The notes under the pieces were generated by a model, which was given only the letters and a program-made list of their open reading frames with translations, did no database searches and was not told where the DNA came from. DNA of 64,000 nucleotides from an uncultured Candidatus Rokubacteria bacterium. Lineage in GTDB: Bacteria; Methylomirabilota; Methylomirabilia; Rokubacteriales; CSP1-6. Below, piece by piece: positions 12,095 to 20,508 of this stretch (positions within the stretch are counted from its first letter, which is position 1; every line of letters starts with the position of its first letter). The translations under genes and the position numbers were made by a program. Location: positions 544,001-608,000 of the forward strand of contig CAVVEU010000008.1 of the NCBI GenBank assembly GCA_963747235.1, written 5' to 3'.

Positions 12095-12120
12095 GCGCGC
12101 GCAGGATACCATTCTTTTTC

Positions 12121-12149
12121 TTGACTTTACGCGCGTGTTTGCCGATAGT
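12121..12149 (+). promoter_or_regulatory. Putative sigma70 promoter for the opp operon
   Basis: TTGACT-17 nt-GATAGT in an AT-rich intergenic region. Confidence 0.45.
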
Positions 12150-12201
12150 TACCTACTAACCCGTCACAGGGTTTGGGCGGGCACTGCTTCCGGGGGGTGC
12201 G

Positions 12202-13128
12202 TTGCTCAGCTACGTCGTCTATCGCCTCCTCTGGCTGGTTCCGACGCTCCTCGCCATGGCGCTCGTCACCTTCCTGGTGATGCACGCCACGCCGGGCAGC
12301 CCGCTCGATCCGGTCGCGGAGGGGGCGAACCCGCTGTCGCCCGACGCCCAGAAGAATCTGGCGGAGGTCTACGGACTCGACAAGCCGCTCTACGTGCAGT
12401 TCGGCATCTTTCTCCAGAAGGCCGTACAGGGCGACTTCGGCACGTCCTTCATTTACAAGACCCGTACCGTGGCCGAGATCATGGTCGAGACGTTCCCGAT
12501 CTCCCTGCTGCTCGGCAGCATGGCCCTGGTGCTGGCGGTGGTGGGTGGCCTCACCCTCGGGGTGCTGGCCGCCGTCTACCAGAACCGCTCGTGGGACTAC
12601 GTCTCGGTGAGCGTGGCGACCCTCGGGGTGAGCGTCCCGAACTTCGTGCTCGCCGTGTTCCTGATCGTGCTCTTCTCCTTCGTCCTGCCCATCTTCCCGA
12701 CGGGGGGCTGGAACTCGCCGCAGGACTGGGTGCTGCCGACGGTCACGCTCGCGCTGGCCCCGATGGGCATCATCGCGCGCTTCACGCGCTCGAGCATGCT
12801 GGAGGTCATCCGCTCCGACTACATCGTGACCGCGCGGGCCAAGGGCCTGGCCGAGACGCCGGTCATCCTCAAGCACGTGCTCAAGAACGGCTTCATCCCG
12901 GTGGTCACCCTGCTCGGCCCGATGTTCGCCGCGGTGGGGACCGGCTCGTTCTTCGTGGAGTCCATCTTCCGCATTCCGGGCATGGGGCGCTTCTTCGTGC
13001 TCTCGATGACCGGCCGCGACTATCCGATGATCATGGCGGTCGTGCTCATCTACGGCGCGTTCCTCGCCCTGATGAACCTCGTGGTCGACCTCCTCTATGG
13101 CCTTATCGACCCCCGCATCCGATACTAG
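12202..13128 (+). CDS. oppB: Peptide/nickel ABC transporter permease (OppB/DppB)
   Basis: GLDKPL, GDFGTS, YIVTARAKGL, RDYP. Confidence 0.88.
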   Translation: MLSYVVYRLLWLVPTLLAMALVTFLVMHATPGSPLDPVAEGANPLSPDAQKNLAEVYGLDKPLYVQFGIFLQKAVQGDFGTSFIYKTRTVAEIMVETFPISLLLGSMALVLAVVGGLTLGVLAAVYQNRSWDYVSVSVATLGVSVPNFVLAVFLIVLFSFVLPIFPTGGWNSPQDWVLPTVTLALAPMGIIARFTRSSMLEVIRSDYIVTARAKGLAETPVILKHVLKNGFIPVVTLLGPMFAAVGTGSFFVESIFRIPGMGRFFVLSMTGRDYPMIMAVVLIYGAFLALMNLVVDLLYGLIDPRIRY

Positions 13129-14021
13129 CCTGCCCACGCCGGGCGGCGCGGCGCTGGCTCTGCCTCGATCCGAGATCCGGGGCTCGAGCCTCTGGCGCGA
13201 TGCCTGGCGCCGCCTGCTCCGCAACAAGCTGGCGGTGGTGGGCGGGGTGGTGGTCATGCTGCTCGTGCCTGCTCGCCATCTTCGCCGACCTGATCGCGCC
13301 GCAGTCGTACACCAAGCCCAACTTCGGCCGGCTGTACGAGTTTCCCTCCCGGGACTACCCGCTCGGGACCGATCAGCTCGGGCGCGACGTGCTCTCGCGG
13401 CTGATCTACGGCGCCCGCGTGTCGATGCTGGTGGGTCTCGGGGCGCAGATCATCATCGTGCTGATCGGCGTCCCCATCGGCGCCCTGTCCGGCTTCATCG
13501 GCGGCCGCACCGACCTGATCCTCACCCGCTTCGTGGACGTGATGTACGCCTTCCCGCGCCTGCTCTTCGTCATCCTCGTCATGTCGATGCTGGGGGCCGG
13601 GCTGATGAACATCTTCATCGCGCTCGGCCTCACCGGGTGGGTGGGCATCGCGCGCCAGACGCGCGCCCAGGTCCTCTCCATCAAGGAGAAGGAGTTCGTG
13701 GAGGGCGCGCGCGCCCTCGGGGCCGGCTTCTTGCGGGTGATGACCCGCCACGTGCTGCCGAGCGCGCTCACCCCCATCGTGGTCTCGATCACCTTCGGCA
13801 TTCCGGAAGCGATCTTCACCGAGGCCGCGCTGTCGTTCATCGGCGTCGGCATCAACCCGCCCACGCCCTCGTGGGGGCAGATGGTGGGCGAGAACCAGCA
13901 GTTCCTCCGCTCCTACTGGCACCTCTGCGTGTTCCCCTCCATCGCCATCGCGGTGACCATGCTCTCGTTCACCTTCTTCGGCGACGGGGTCCGGGACGCG
14001 CTCGACCCCAAGCTGAAGTAA
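13097..14021 (+). CDS. oppC: Peptide ABC transporter permease (OppC/DppC; frameshift near 13265)
   Basis: SLWRDAWRRLLRNKLA, LGTDQLGRDVLSRLIYGAR, EFVEGARALGA, GDGVRDALDP. Confidence 0.88.
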
Positions 14022-14041
14022 CTCACAGGAGGACAACCACC

Positions 14042-15787
14042 ATGCGGATTCCACCGATGCGAATTCCGGACGCCCAGATGGATCTCTTCGCCAAGCGCCT
14101 CGAGTCCATCGGGGTCGGCCGGCGCGACTTCCTGAAGGTGGTCGGCGCCATGGCCGCCTTCGGCGGGCTCGGCTTCGCGAGCGAGGCCCGGGCGGCCAAG
14201 CCGTCCAAGCCCGGGGCCGGCGAGAAGCTGGCCAAGGAGCAGGTGCTCCGCTACGGCGGCGGCGGCTGGTTCCAGAACGAGCCCTCCAGCCACGACTTCA
14301 ACAAGGACCTCTACTGCTCCGGCGTGCCCGCCCTCTTCGCGGGCCTGATGGTCTTCAACGCCGACTTCGTGTCGGTGCCGTGGATGGCGACCAAGGTGGA
14401 GGGCAACAAGGACGGCTCGGTCTGGACCTTCACGATTCGGAAGGATAGTCGTTGGTCCGACAACTCGCCGGTGTCGGCGCGGGACTTCGAGTGGTCGTGG
14501 AAGCGCCAGCTCGATCCGGCCACCGCGGCGCCCTACGCGTCCTTCCTCTACGACCTCAAGAACGGCGAGGCCTACAACAAGAAGCAGATCACCGACGCGA
14601 GCCAGGTCGGCGTGCGCGCCAAGGACGACTGGACCCTCGAGGTGACGCTGGAAGGCCCGCGCGGCTACTTCCCGGTGCTGGCCGCCTACCTGGCCGCCCT
14701 GCCGGCCCACAAGGGCGCGGTGGAGAAGTTCGGCGACAAGTGGACGGAAGCCGGCAACATCGTCAGCAACGGGCCGTTCACGCTCGAGGCGTGGGAGCAC
14801 AACAAGCAGATCGTGCTCAAGAAGAACCCCTACTACTACGGCGCCAAGGACGTGCATCTGACCCGGGTGGTGATCCCGATCATCCCCATCGCCTCGGGGA
14901 CACTGCCCTACGAGAACAACGAGCTCGACCTGACCGCGCTGCAGGCGGGCGACCTCAAGCGGCTCCAGTCCGATCCGCGGATGTCGAAGGACGTCTTCCG
15001 GTACCCGTTCCCGGGCACCTGGTATCTGCTTCCGCAGGCGACGAAGCCGCCGTTCGACAACTTGAAGGTCCGCAAGGCGGTGGCGCACGCCATCGACCGC
15101 GAGAACATCGTCAAGGTGAGCCAGGGCCTCGCGGTTCCGGCCTGGTCGATGATCCCGCCCGGCTTCCCGGGCGCGATCGACGACGCCAAGATCAAGGCCC
15201 TCCAGAAGTACGACAAGAAGCTGGCCCTGGAGCAGCTCAAGGGCACGCCGTTCGAGGGCGGGAAGAACTGGCCCAAGATCACGCTCTCGATGCGCGACGA
15301 GGGCCTCGGCTCGAAGCCGCTCGCCGAAGCGATCCAGGCGGTGCTGCTCGACTCGCTCAACATGAAGACGGACCTGGAAGTCCTGGAGCCGCGGGTGTTC
15401 CGCGAGCGGCTGTGGAAGCAGGATCTCCAGTTCGTGTGGATCCGCTGGTTCATGGACTACCCGGACCCGCACAACGAGTACTTCGACACCTTCTACGGCA
15501 AGAAGACCACCGGCCGGCGCCAGGCCTGGGTCAACGACGCCTTCGACAAGGAGCTCGAGGCCGGCCGCGACACGCGCGACCCCAAGAAGCGCCTCGAGCA
15601 CTACAAGAAGGCCGAGGAGATCATGCAGCAGGACGTCGGCTACGTGCCGGTGGCGTGGGTGGTGCGCTACGCGGCCAAGAAGCCGTGGGTGGGCGGCATC
15701 GAGAAGAACAAGGCGGGCGAGTTCGTGGTGGACGGCAACATCTACGTGGACATGTTCGAGCACATCTACATCACCGAGAAGGGCTAG
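14042..15787 (+). CDS. oppA: Peptide ABC transporter substrate-binding protein with Tat signal
   Basis: RBS AGGAGG; GRRDFLK twin-arginine motif; WTFTIR..WSD..PVSARDF, SNGPF, PPFDNLKVRKA, DYPDP. Confidence 0.88.
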   Translation: MRIPPMRIPDAQMDLFAKRLESIGVGRRDFLKVVGAMAAFGGLGFASEARAAKPSKPGAGEKLAKEQVLRYGGGGWFQNEPSSHDFNKDLYCSGVPALFAGLMVFNADFVSVPWMATKVEGNKDGSVWTFTIRKDSRWSDNSPVSARDFEWSWKRQLDPATAAPYASFLYDLKNGEAYNKKQITDASQVGVRAKDDWTLEVTLEGPRGYFPVLAAYLAALPAHKGAVEKFGDKWTEAGNIVSNGPFTLEAWEHNKQIVLKKNPYYYGAKDVHLTRVVIPIIPIASGTLPYENNELDLTALQAGDLKRLQSDPRMSKDVFRYPFPGTWYLLPQATKPPFDNLKVRKAVAHAIDRENIVKVSQGLAVPAWSMIPPGFPGAIDDAKIKALQKYDKKLALEQLKGTPFEGGKNWPKITLSMRDEGLGSKPLAEAIQAVLLDSLNMKTDLEVLEPRVFRERLWKQDLQFVWIRWFMDYPDPHNEYFDTFYGKKTTGRRQAWVNDAFDKELEAGRDTRDPKKRLEHYKKAEEIMQQDVGYVPVAWVVRYAAKKPWVGGIEKNKAGEFVVDGNIYVDMFEHIYITEKG

Positions 15788-15795
15788 GGCCCGAC

Positions 15796-16237
15796 ATGAG
15801 ACCGAAGCATTCGCGTTGCGCGCGCGGCGCTGTTCGTGGTGGCGGGGTTGCTGGCGGGGCACCGGAGTGAGCCGCGGCCCAGGCCGACCTGACCAAGGCG
15901 CTGGTCGGGACGTGGAAGGGTGAGCTCCAGCAGCGGGCGCAGAAGGGGGCCGATCCCACCCTGGTGCTCATCATCAAGTCGGTGAAGCAGGAGGACGGCA
16001 AGTGGGTGGCGGACGCCCGCGTGGGGCCACCGAGGACAAGACCGCGAAAGTGAATCTCGAGATCGACACCAGCGGTAGCAAGCCGTCTCGTGCGGTGGAC
16101 GGGGGCGATCGGGCTGGTCAGTACGACCTGAGCCTCATCGACGAGAAGAACCTGGTCGGGAACGGCGACCCTGACCACGAGCCAGGCGGGAGCGGGGCGA
16201 CCGGGATCGGCCGGTGAAGCTCGAGAAGAAGGAGTAG
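15796..16237 (+). CDS. Hypothetical exported protein (several frameshifts)
   Basis: Signal-like start, then ADLTKALVGTWKGEL...VKLEKKE* with coding-like codon bias across frames. Confidence 0.5.
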
Positions 16238-16257
16238 CAGCCGAGCCGACCGCCACG

Positions 16258-16330
16258 CTCACCCTGCCCTCTCGCCCGGGAGAGGGTTTCGGATCCTCGC
16301 CCCCGAAGGGGGAGAGGGCAGGGTGAGGGG
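16258..16330. repeat. CCCTCTCCC/GGGAGAGGG composite palindromic repeat, intergenic between convergent genes
   Basis: CTCACCCTGCCCTCTC..GGGAGAGGG..CCCCC-GAA-GGGGGAGAGGGCAGGGTGAGGGG, homologous to 9720-9796. Confidence 0.85.
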
Positions 16331-16340
16331 AGCTGCGGTG

Positions 16341-17151
16341 TTACTTCGAGACCTGCACGGTGCCCTTCATGTTGGGGTGTAGCGCGCAGTTGTAGTTGAA
16401 GACGCCCTCGTCCTTGAAGGTCAGGGACGCGTTCTGGCCCTTCAGCAGGAACCCGGTCTTGAGCGGCGTCCCCGCCACCGTGACCTGGTGGGGCGAGTCA
16501 TCGGTGTTGGTCCACGTGATGGTCTTGCCGGGGGTGATCGTGACGCCGGGGGGTCCGAACGTGAAGGCGCCGATATTGACCCCGAGCGATCCTGCGGGCG
16601 CGGGCGCCGCGCTCGCCACCATGGTGCGGCCCGCCAGCGCGGGGTAGGAGATCACGTAGTCGATCTGGTCGTGCGGCTTGTGGCACTGGAAGCACGCCTT
16701 GTAGTTGGCCTTGTCGTTGAACTTGCCGTCCGCGCCGAAGACCGAGTACTCCCACTCCCCGTTGCGGATGTCGTCGCCGTACTCCGTGCCCCAGCCGGTG
16801 CGCTTCTCCATCACCGCGTAGGCGATCAGGTCGCCCTTCAGGAAGCGGCCCTTGGCGTCCTTGAGCGGGATTGCCCTGGGCGTCCACCTGGGCCTTGTAC
16901 TGGACCAGGGTGAGCACGGTGCCGCTCGGGAGCGGCTTGCCCTCCTTGGCGGCCTGGACCGCGCCGGCGGTGGCGTAGAGCTCGCGATACTGCTTGACGT
17001 CGTACCGGTCGGCGATGGTGTAGAGGACCCCGTCCTTGTAGTTGGCCGGGAACACGATCTTCTCCGGACCCGCGCTGCTGCGCGAGACCACCGCGGCCAG
17101 CGCGGCCAGGACCACGGTCACGACGACGATCCCGAGAACTCGTTTGCTCAT
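16341..17151 (-). CDS. Cytochrome P460/c'-beta domain fused to a C-terminal cupredoxin (frameshift near 16868)
   Basis: Signal peptide; FPANYK, PLPSGTVL, MEK..GWG, NGEWEY, CFQCH; then NTDDSPHQV and YNCALHPNMKG type-1 copper ligands. Confidence 0.85.
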
Positions 17152-17235
17152 ATACCCTCCGTGTGCGGGCGTGATCGGACGTTCTGCGGGAGTCTACGGA
17201 TGAGGCGGCCGCCTGGACGTCACAGCCGTGTGAAT

Positions 17236-17649
17236 TTATCGCCGGCCGTGGGCGCTCTCGGACTGGGTGGGCAGCAGGGACACGTGGCTGTGGACGGCCA
17301 GCCACCGGCCGTCCCGCCGGGCGAGGTTGAACGTGGCCCGGCCGTGCCGCGTGAAGGGCTTCCCGTCGGGACCGGTGGCCTCCGACGCCCAGGTCGCGGC
17401 GACCCAGGCCGAGTCGCCGGCGCCCGCCGCGTCGCGGTCCGCGTCGAAGCGGAAGCCGCGGATGCGCGGCCAGATCTGGCGCCACTGCTCGCGCTCGATG
17501 TTGTCGAGGCCGTGGACCGCGGTCGCGTAGGTGCCGAAGGCCACCGCGTCCGGGGCGAAGAGGCGGCGCCCCGCCGCGAAGTCCTGGCCGCGGCACGCGG
17601 CCTCGAACGTGGTCAACCACTCGAGCGCTTCCGATCGGGCGTCGGACAT
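17236..17649 (-). CDS. SnoaL/NTF2-like (DUF4440-type) protein
   Basis: 137 aa; GRATFNL..RDGRWLAVHSHVS C-terminal motif. Confidence 0.8.
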   Translation of the reverse strand: MSDARSEALEWLTTFEAACRGQDFAAGRRLFAPDAVAFGTYATAVHGLDNIEREQWRQIWPRIRGFRFDADRDAAGAGDSAWVAATWASEATGPDGKPFTRHGRATFNLARRDGRWLAVHSHVSLLPTQSESAHGRR

Positions 17650-17655
17650 GCGCGG

Positions 17656-17705
17656 ATTATGCGGCGATCCGGGGCCTTGTCAAGCCGGGGCCGAGTCGCT
17701 ATCCT
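17656..17705. promoter_or_regulatory. Bidirectional sigma70-type promoter with overlapping -35 boxes
   Basis: Plus strand: TTGTCA(17677)-17 nt-TATCCT(17700). Minus strand: TTGACA(17683)-16 nt-CATAAT(17661). Confidence 0.6.
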
Positions 17706-17714
17706 GCGGCTCCA

Positions 17715-18140
17715 ATGACGAACCTCCGGCTCGTCACGCCCTGGGTCGCCGCCGCGGCGCTGCTCGTCGGTATCGGGAGCGATCCGGGCGCCGAAGACCG
17801 CGTCCTCGTGTCCGACGATCCCGTGACGAGGATCGAGAGCGCGCTGCTGGTCTCGCCGCAGGACAAGATGGGCGATGCGCCGGAGGCTCCCGGCCTCCCG
17901 CAGGGCGATGCGGGACCGATCCGGCTCGGCGCACTTGCCGCGGTCGTGGGCCTGGCCGTCCGTCGCGGGTCCGTGAATCGGCTCGAGTCGTCGTCGTCGC
18001 GTGGGCCTCCCGGCGAACCGGGATCCGCCCATCGCTTCCTTCCCGCCCCGTCCCGTCCCGCAGCCACAACATTCCGCTCGACCCGCCCCACCGCTGGAGC
18101 ACCGGCCGTGGTCTGTCCACGTGCAGTGCACGCTTCATAA
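17715..18140 (+). CDS. Hypothetical protein
   Basis: ORF directly downstream of a consensus-like promoter; hydrophobic N-terminus; no recognisable motif; 3' half doubtful. Confidence 0.35.
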   Translation: MTNLRLVTPWVAAAALLVGIGSDPGAEDRVLVSDDPVTRIESALLVSPQDKMGDAPEAPGLPQGDAGPIRLGALAAVVGLAVRRGSVNRLESSSSRGPPGEPGSAHRFLPAPSRPAATTFRSTRPTAGAPAVVCPRAVHAS

Positions 18141-18162
18141 CCCGAACACAGGAGAACGCGCC

Positions 18163-18420
18163 ATGAGACTGCTCTCGATCGCGATCGCAACCGCCCTGGT
18201 GGGGATCTGCGGCGGCCCGGCCCTGGCCGGCGAGTGCCCCATGCTGCAGACGCAGATGGAGCGTCAGGTCAACAACCGGTTCGACAGCGCCGCCTACACC
18301 GCGCGGGAGAACATGAAGCAGGCCTCCGCCCTCCACTCGCAGGGCAAGCACGCGGAGTCGGTGGCCAAGTACGAGGAAGCGGCCAAGGCGGTGGGAGTCA
18401 CGCTGGACCGCAAGAAGTAA
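18163..18420 (+). CDS. Small secreted helical hypothetical protein
   Basis: RBS AGGAG, signal peptide ending ALA-G, ECP...LHSQGKHAESV. Confidence 0.7.
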   Translation: MRLLSIAIATALVGICGGPALAGECPMLQTQMERQVNNRFDSAAYTARENMKQASALHSQGKHAESVAKYEEAAKAVGVTLDRKK

Positions 18421-18513
18421 GCGGCGCCCGTCCCGGCGCCGCGGGCGTGGGCCCGCCGGGCACGTCCGCGGCGCCGCGTGCGGGACAGGATGGGGTAGGC
18501 TGAGCCTCGAGCC

Positions 18514-18789
18514 ATGGACGAGCCCGAGCCGGTCATCCTCCCGATCGAGGATTCGCTCGATCTTCACGCCTTCGCCCCGCGGGACGTCCGCTCGGTGGTG
18601 GACGAGTATCTCCGCCAGGCCGCGGCGCGGGGCTTCGGCGAAGTGCGCCTGATCCACGGCAAGGGCACCGGAACCCAGCGGGCCATCGTCCGGAGCGTGC
18701 TGGCCGGGCATCCCGACGTGCTGCGCTTCTTCGACGGCCCTCCCGAGCGGGGCGGATGGGGCGCGACGGTGGTGGTGCTGAAGCGCTAG
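18514..18789 (+). CDS. Stand-alone Smr/MutS2 domain protein
   Basis: LDLHAF, VRLIHGKGTG, GGWGATVV. Confidence 0.9.
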   Translation: MDEPEPVILPIEDSLDLHAFAPRDVRSVVDEYLRQAAARGFGEVRLIHGKGTGTQRAIVRSVLAGHPDVLRFFDGPPERGGWGATVVVLKR

Positions 18790-19574
18790 TCCCGGTCTGC
18801 CCGCAGCAGGAGCATCCGGTCGCTGAACGAGACGATGCGGCCCTGCTCGAGGGCGAAGTCGAAGGCCTCGCGGCAGCGGGCGGGCGCGGCCAGCACGAAG
18901 CGCTCCAGATCGGCCCGGGCCTCGGCGGTCATCCGCATGCGGCTCGTCCAGTCGTCCCAGCTCCGGCGCCGGCTCATCACCGCCTCGTCCATCACGGTGA
19001 GCCCGGCCGCGCGCAGGAACGCGGTCCACTCGAGCTGGCGGAAGGCGCGCACGTGGCTCGGATCGCGCCGCCGCTCCACCTCGGTGATGAAGGCGGCGGC
19101 CTCCTCGTCGTCGTGGCCCAGGATGTCCTGCACCAGGAAGGAGCCGCCCGCCCGCAGCACCCGCGCCACCTCACGCATCACGGGCAGGAGCGCCGGGAAG
19201 TGGTGGGCCGCGATGCGGCACGTCACCGTCCCGAAGGTGCCGCTCCGGAAGGGCAGGGCCTCGACATCGGCGGCGAGAAAATGGATCGGGCGCGCGTCCG
19301 GGCCCGCCGCCTGCGCGGCGGTGAACTCGCGGGCGGCCCGCAGCATCGGCAGGGTGAGATCCACCGCGGCCACGCTCCGGGTGAAGCGCGAGAAGGCGAG
19401 CGCGGTATGGCCGCCGCCGGTGGCGATGTCGAGCACCCGCGCGGCGCCCCGCTTGCGGCCCCACGCGAGGAGCTGCTCCAGATCCGGCCCGGCGGCGTGG
19501 CCGGGGCTCGTCACGTAGGCCGCGCGCTCGGCCCGAACTGGGCCCGTGACCTGCGCCTTCTGCTCCTCGCTCAC
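18786..19574 (-). CDS. Class I SAM-dependent methyltransferase
   Basis: VLDIATGGGHTA, DVEALPF, CRIAAHHF, RDPSHVR. Confidence 0.88.
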   Translation of the reverse strand: MSEEQKAQVTGPVRAERAAYVTSPGHAAGPDLEQLLAWGRKRGAARVLDIATGGGHTALAFSRFTRSVAAVDLTLPMLRAAREFTAAQAAGPDARPIHFLAADVEALPFRSGTFGTVTCRIAAHHFPALLPVMREVARVLRAGGSFLVQDILGHDDEEAAAFITEVERRRDPSHVRAFRQLEWTAFLRAAGLTVMDEAVMSRRRSWDDWTSRMRMTAEARADLERFVLAAPARCREAFDFALEQGRIVSFSDRMLLLRADRD

Positions 19575-19590
19575 GCCGGAATGCGGGTCC

Positions 19591-20325
19591 TCAGAGATCG
19601 CGGACCACGCGACGGGCGCGATCCACGTTCCGGCGGAAGAGGTCGAAGGAGTTCTCCATCGTGGGCTTGCGACCCTGCCCGCGGTCGAGGGTGAAGCACG
19701 AGAAGGTGATGTCGTGGGCCAGGGGGAAGTCGCGGTAGAGCTGGCCCGCCACCTTCTGCGGATTCTCCGAGCGGGTGATCTCGAAGTCCTCGAGCGCGCG
19801 CAGCGGGGGCATGCGCTCGCCGTGCTTGGTGCGCACCCACTTCATGGTGCCGCCGAGCAGGTAGGACAGGAAGAGGCAGTCCACCAGCATGGACTCGGTC
19901 CACGGGATCGCCTTCTGGTAGCCCGCCACGAACCGCGCCCCGGTGGACAGCAGGAAGTTCTTCGCGGTGTCCGGCGTGACGAAGTCGCAGGCGCCGAAGA
20001 TGTAGCCCGTGCCGGTGCTGGGCCGGCAGTGATCCACCAGGGTCTCGAGCCGGATCACCTTGTCGCCGATCCCGACCAGCTTGCGCCGCTGGCCGTGCGA
20101 GGCGATGTAGCAGACCTGGAAGGAGCGCCGGCGGCGGCGGACTTCCTCGAGCAGCAGGCCGAGGTCGTAGCTCGAGTAGAAGCGCCGGTACACGAGGTTG
20201 ACCCGGATGCCTTCCCAGGCCAGCGACTGCTTGATGGCCTTCAGGTAGGGAAGCACCGAGGGCTCGTCGTCCAGCAGACGGCCCTTCTTGTTCCACATCG
20301 ACTCCAGCACCACGACACCCGGCAT
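19591..20325 (-). CDS. Hypothetical protein with caspase/CHAT-like His-Gly...Cys dyad (DUF6642-like)
   Basis: CYIASHG and YIFGAC motifs, later VAGY..AIPW. The family name is recalled, not searched. Confidence 0.65.
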   Translation of the reverse strand: MPGVVVLESMWNKKGRLLDDEPSVLPYLKAIKQSLAWEGIRVNLVYRRFYSSYDLGLLLEEVRRRRRSFQVCYIASHGQRRKLVGIGDKVIRLETLVDHCRPSTGTGYIFGACDFVTPDTAKNFLLSTGARFVAGYQKAIPWTESMLVDCLFLSYLLGGTMKWVRTKHGERMPPLRALEDFEITRSENPQKVAGQLYRDFPLAHDITFSCFTLDRGQGRKPTMENSFDLFRRNVDRARRVVRDL

Positions 20326-20431
20326 CGGTCCATCCTCGAGTAGCGGTCGGTCTCCGGCCCTGATCTCACCCCGGCGGGAGCCCCAGGGACCCCTGGGTGC
20401 GCCATGATATCACCGGTCCGGCTCGTATGGG

Positions 20432-20500
20432 ATTGGATGATCTTGGAATCATCCAATTGGACGTTTACAGGTACCACAAACACCAAGATAATGGATGATA
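20432..20500. promoter_or_regulatory. Putative MocR/PdxR operator
   Basis: ATTGGATGAT-N6-ATCATCCAAT perfect inverted repeat (20432-20457) plus a third TGGATGAT at 20492-20499. Confidence 0.65.
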
Positions 20501-20508
20501 CTCGAGCC

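Noticed and set aside
9503-12112. 869-aa RACo-MaoC fusion in the ORF track
   Set aside because: A frameshift near 10320 bypasses the RACo stop. The true C-terminus (FVDCMNFPRVP*) is in another frame and overlaps the MaoC ATG.
14453-14463. TGGTCCGACAA, a near match to the FadR operator inside oppA
   Set aside because: It is explained by codons for the conserved W-S-D-N motif and is not in a promoter position.
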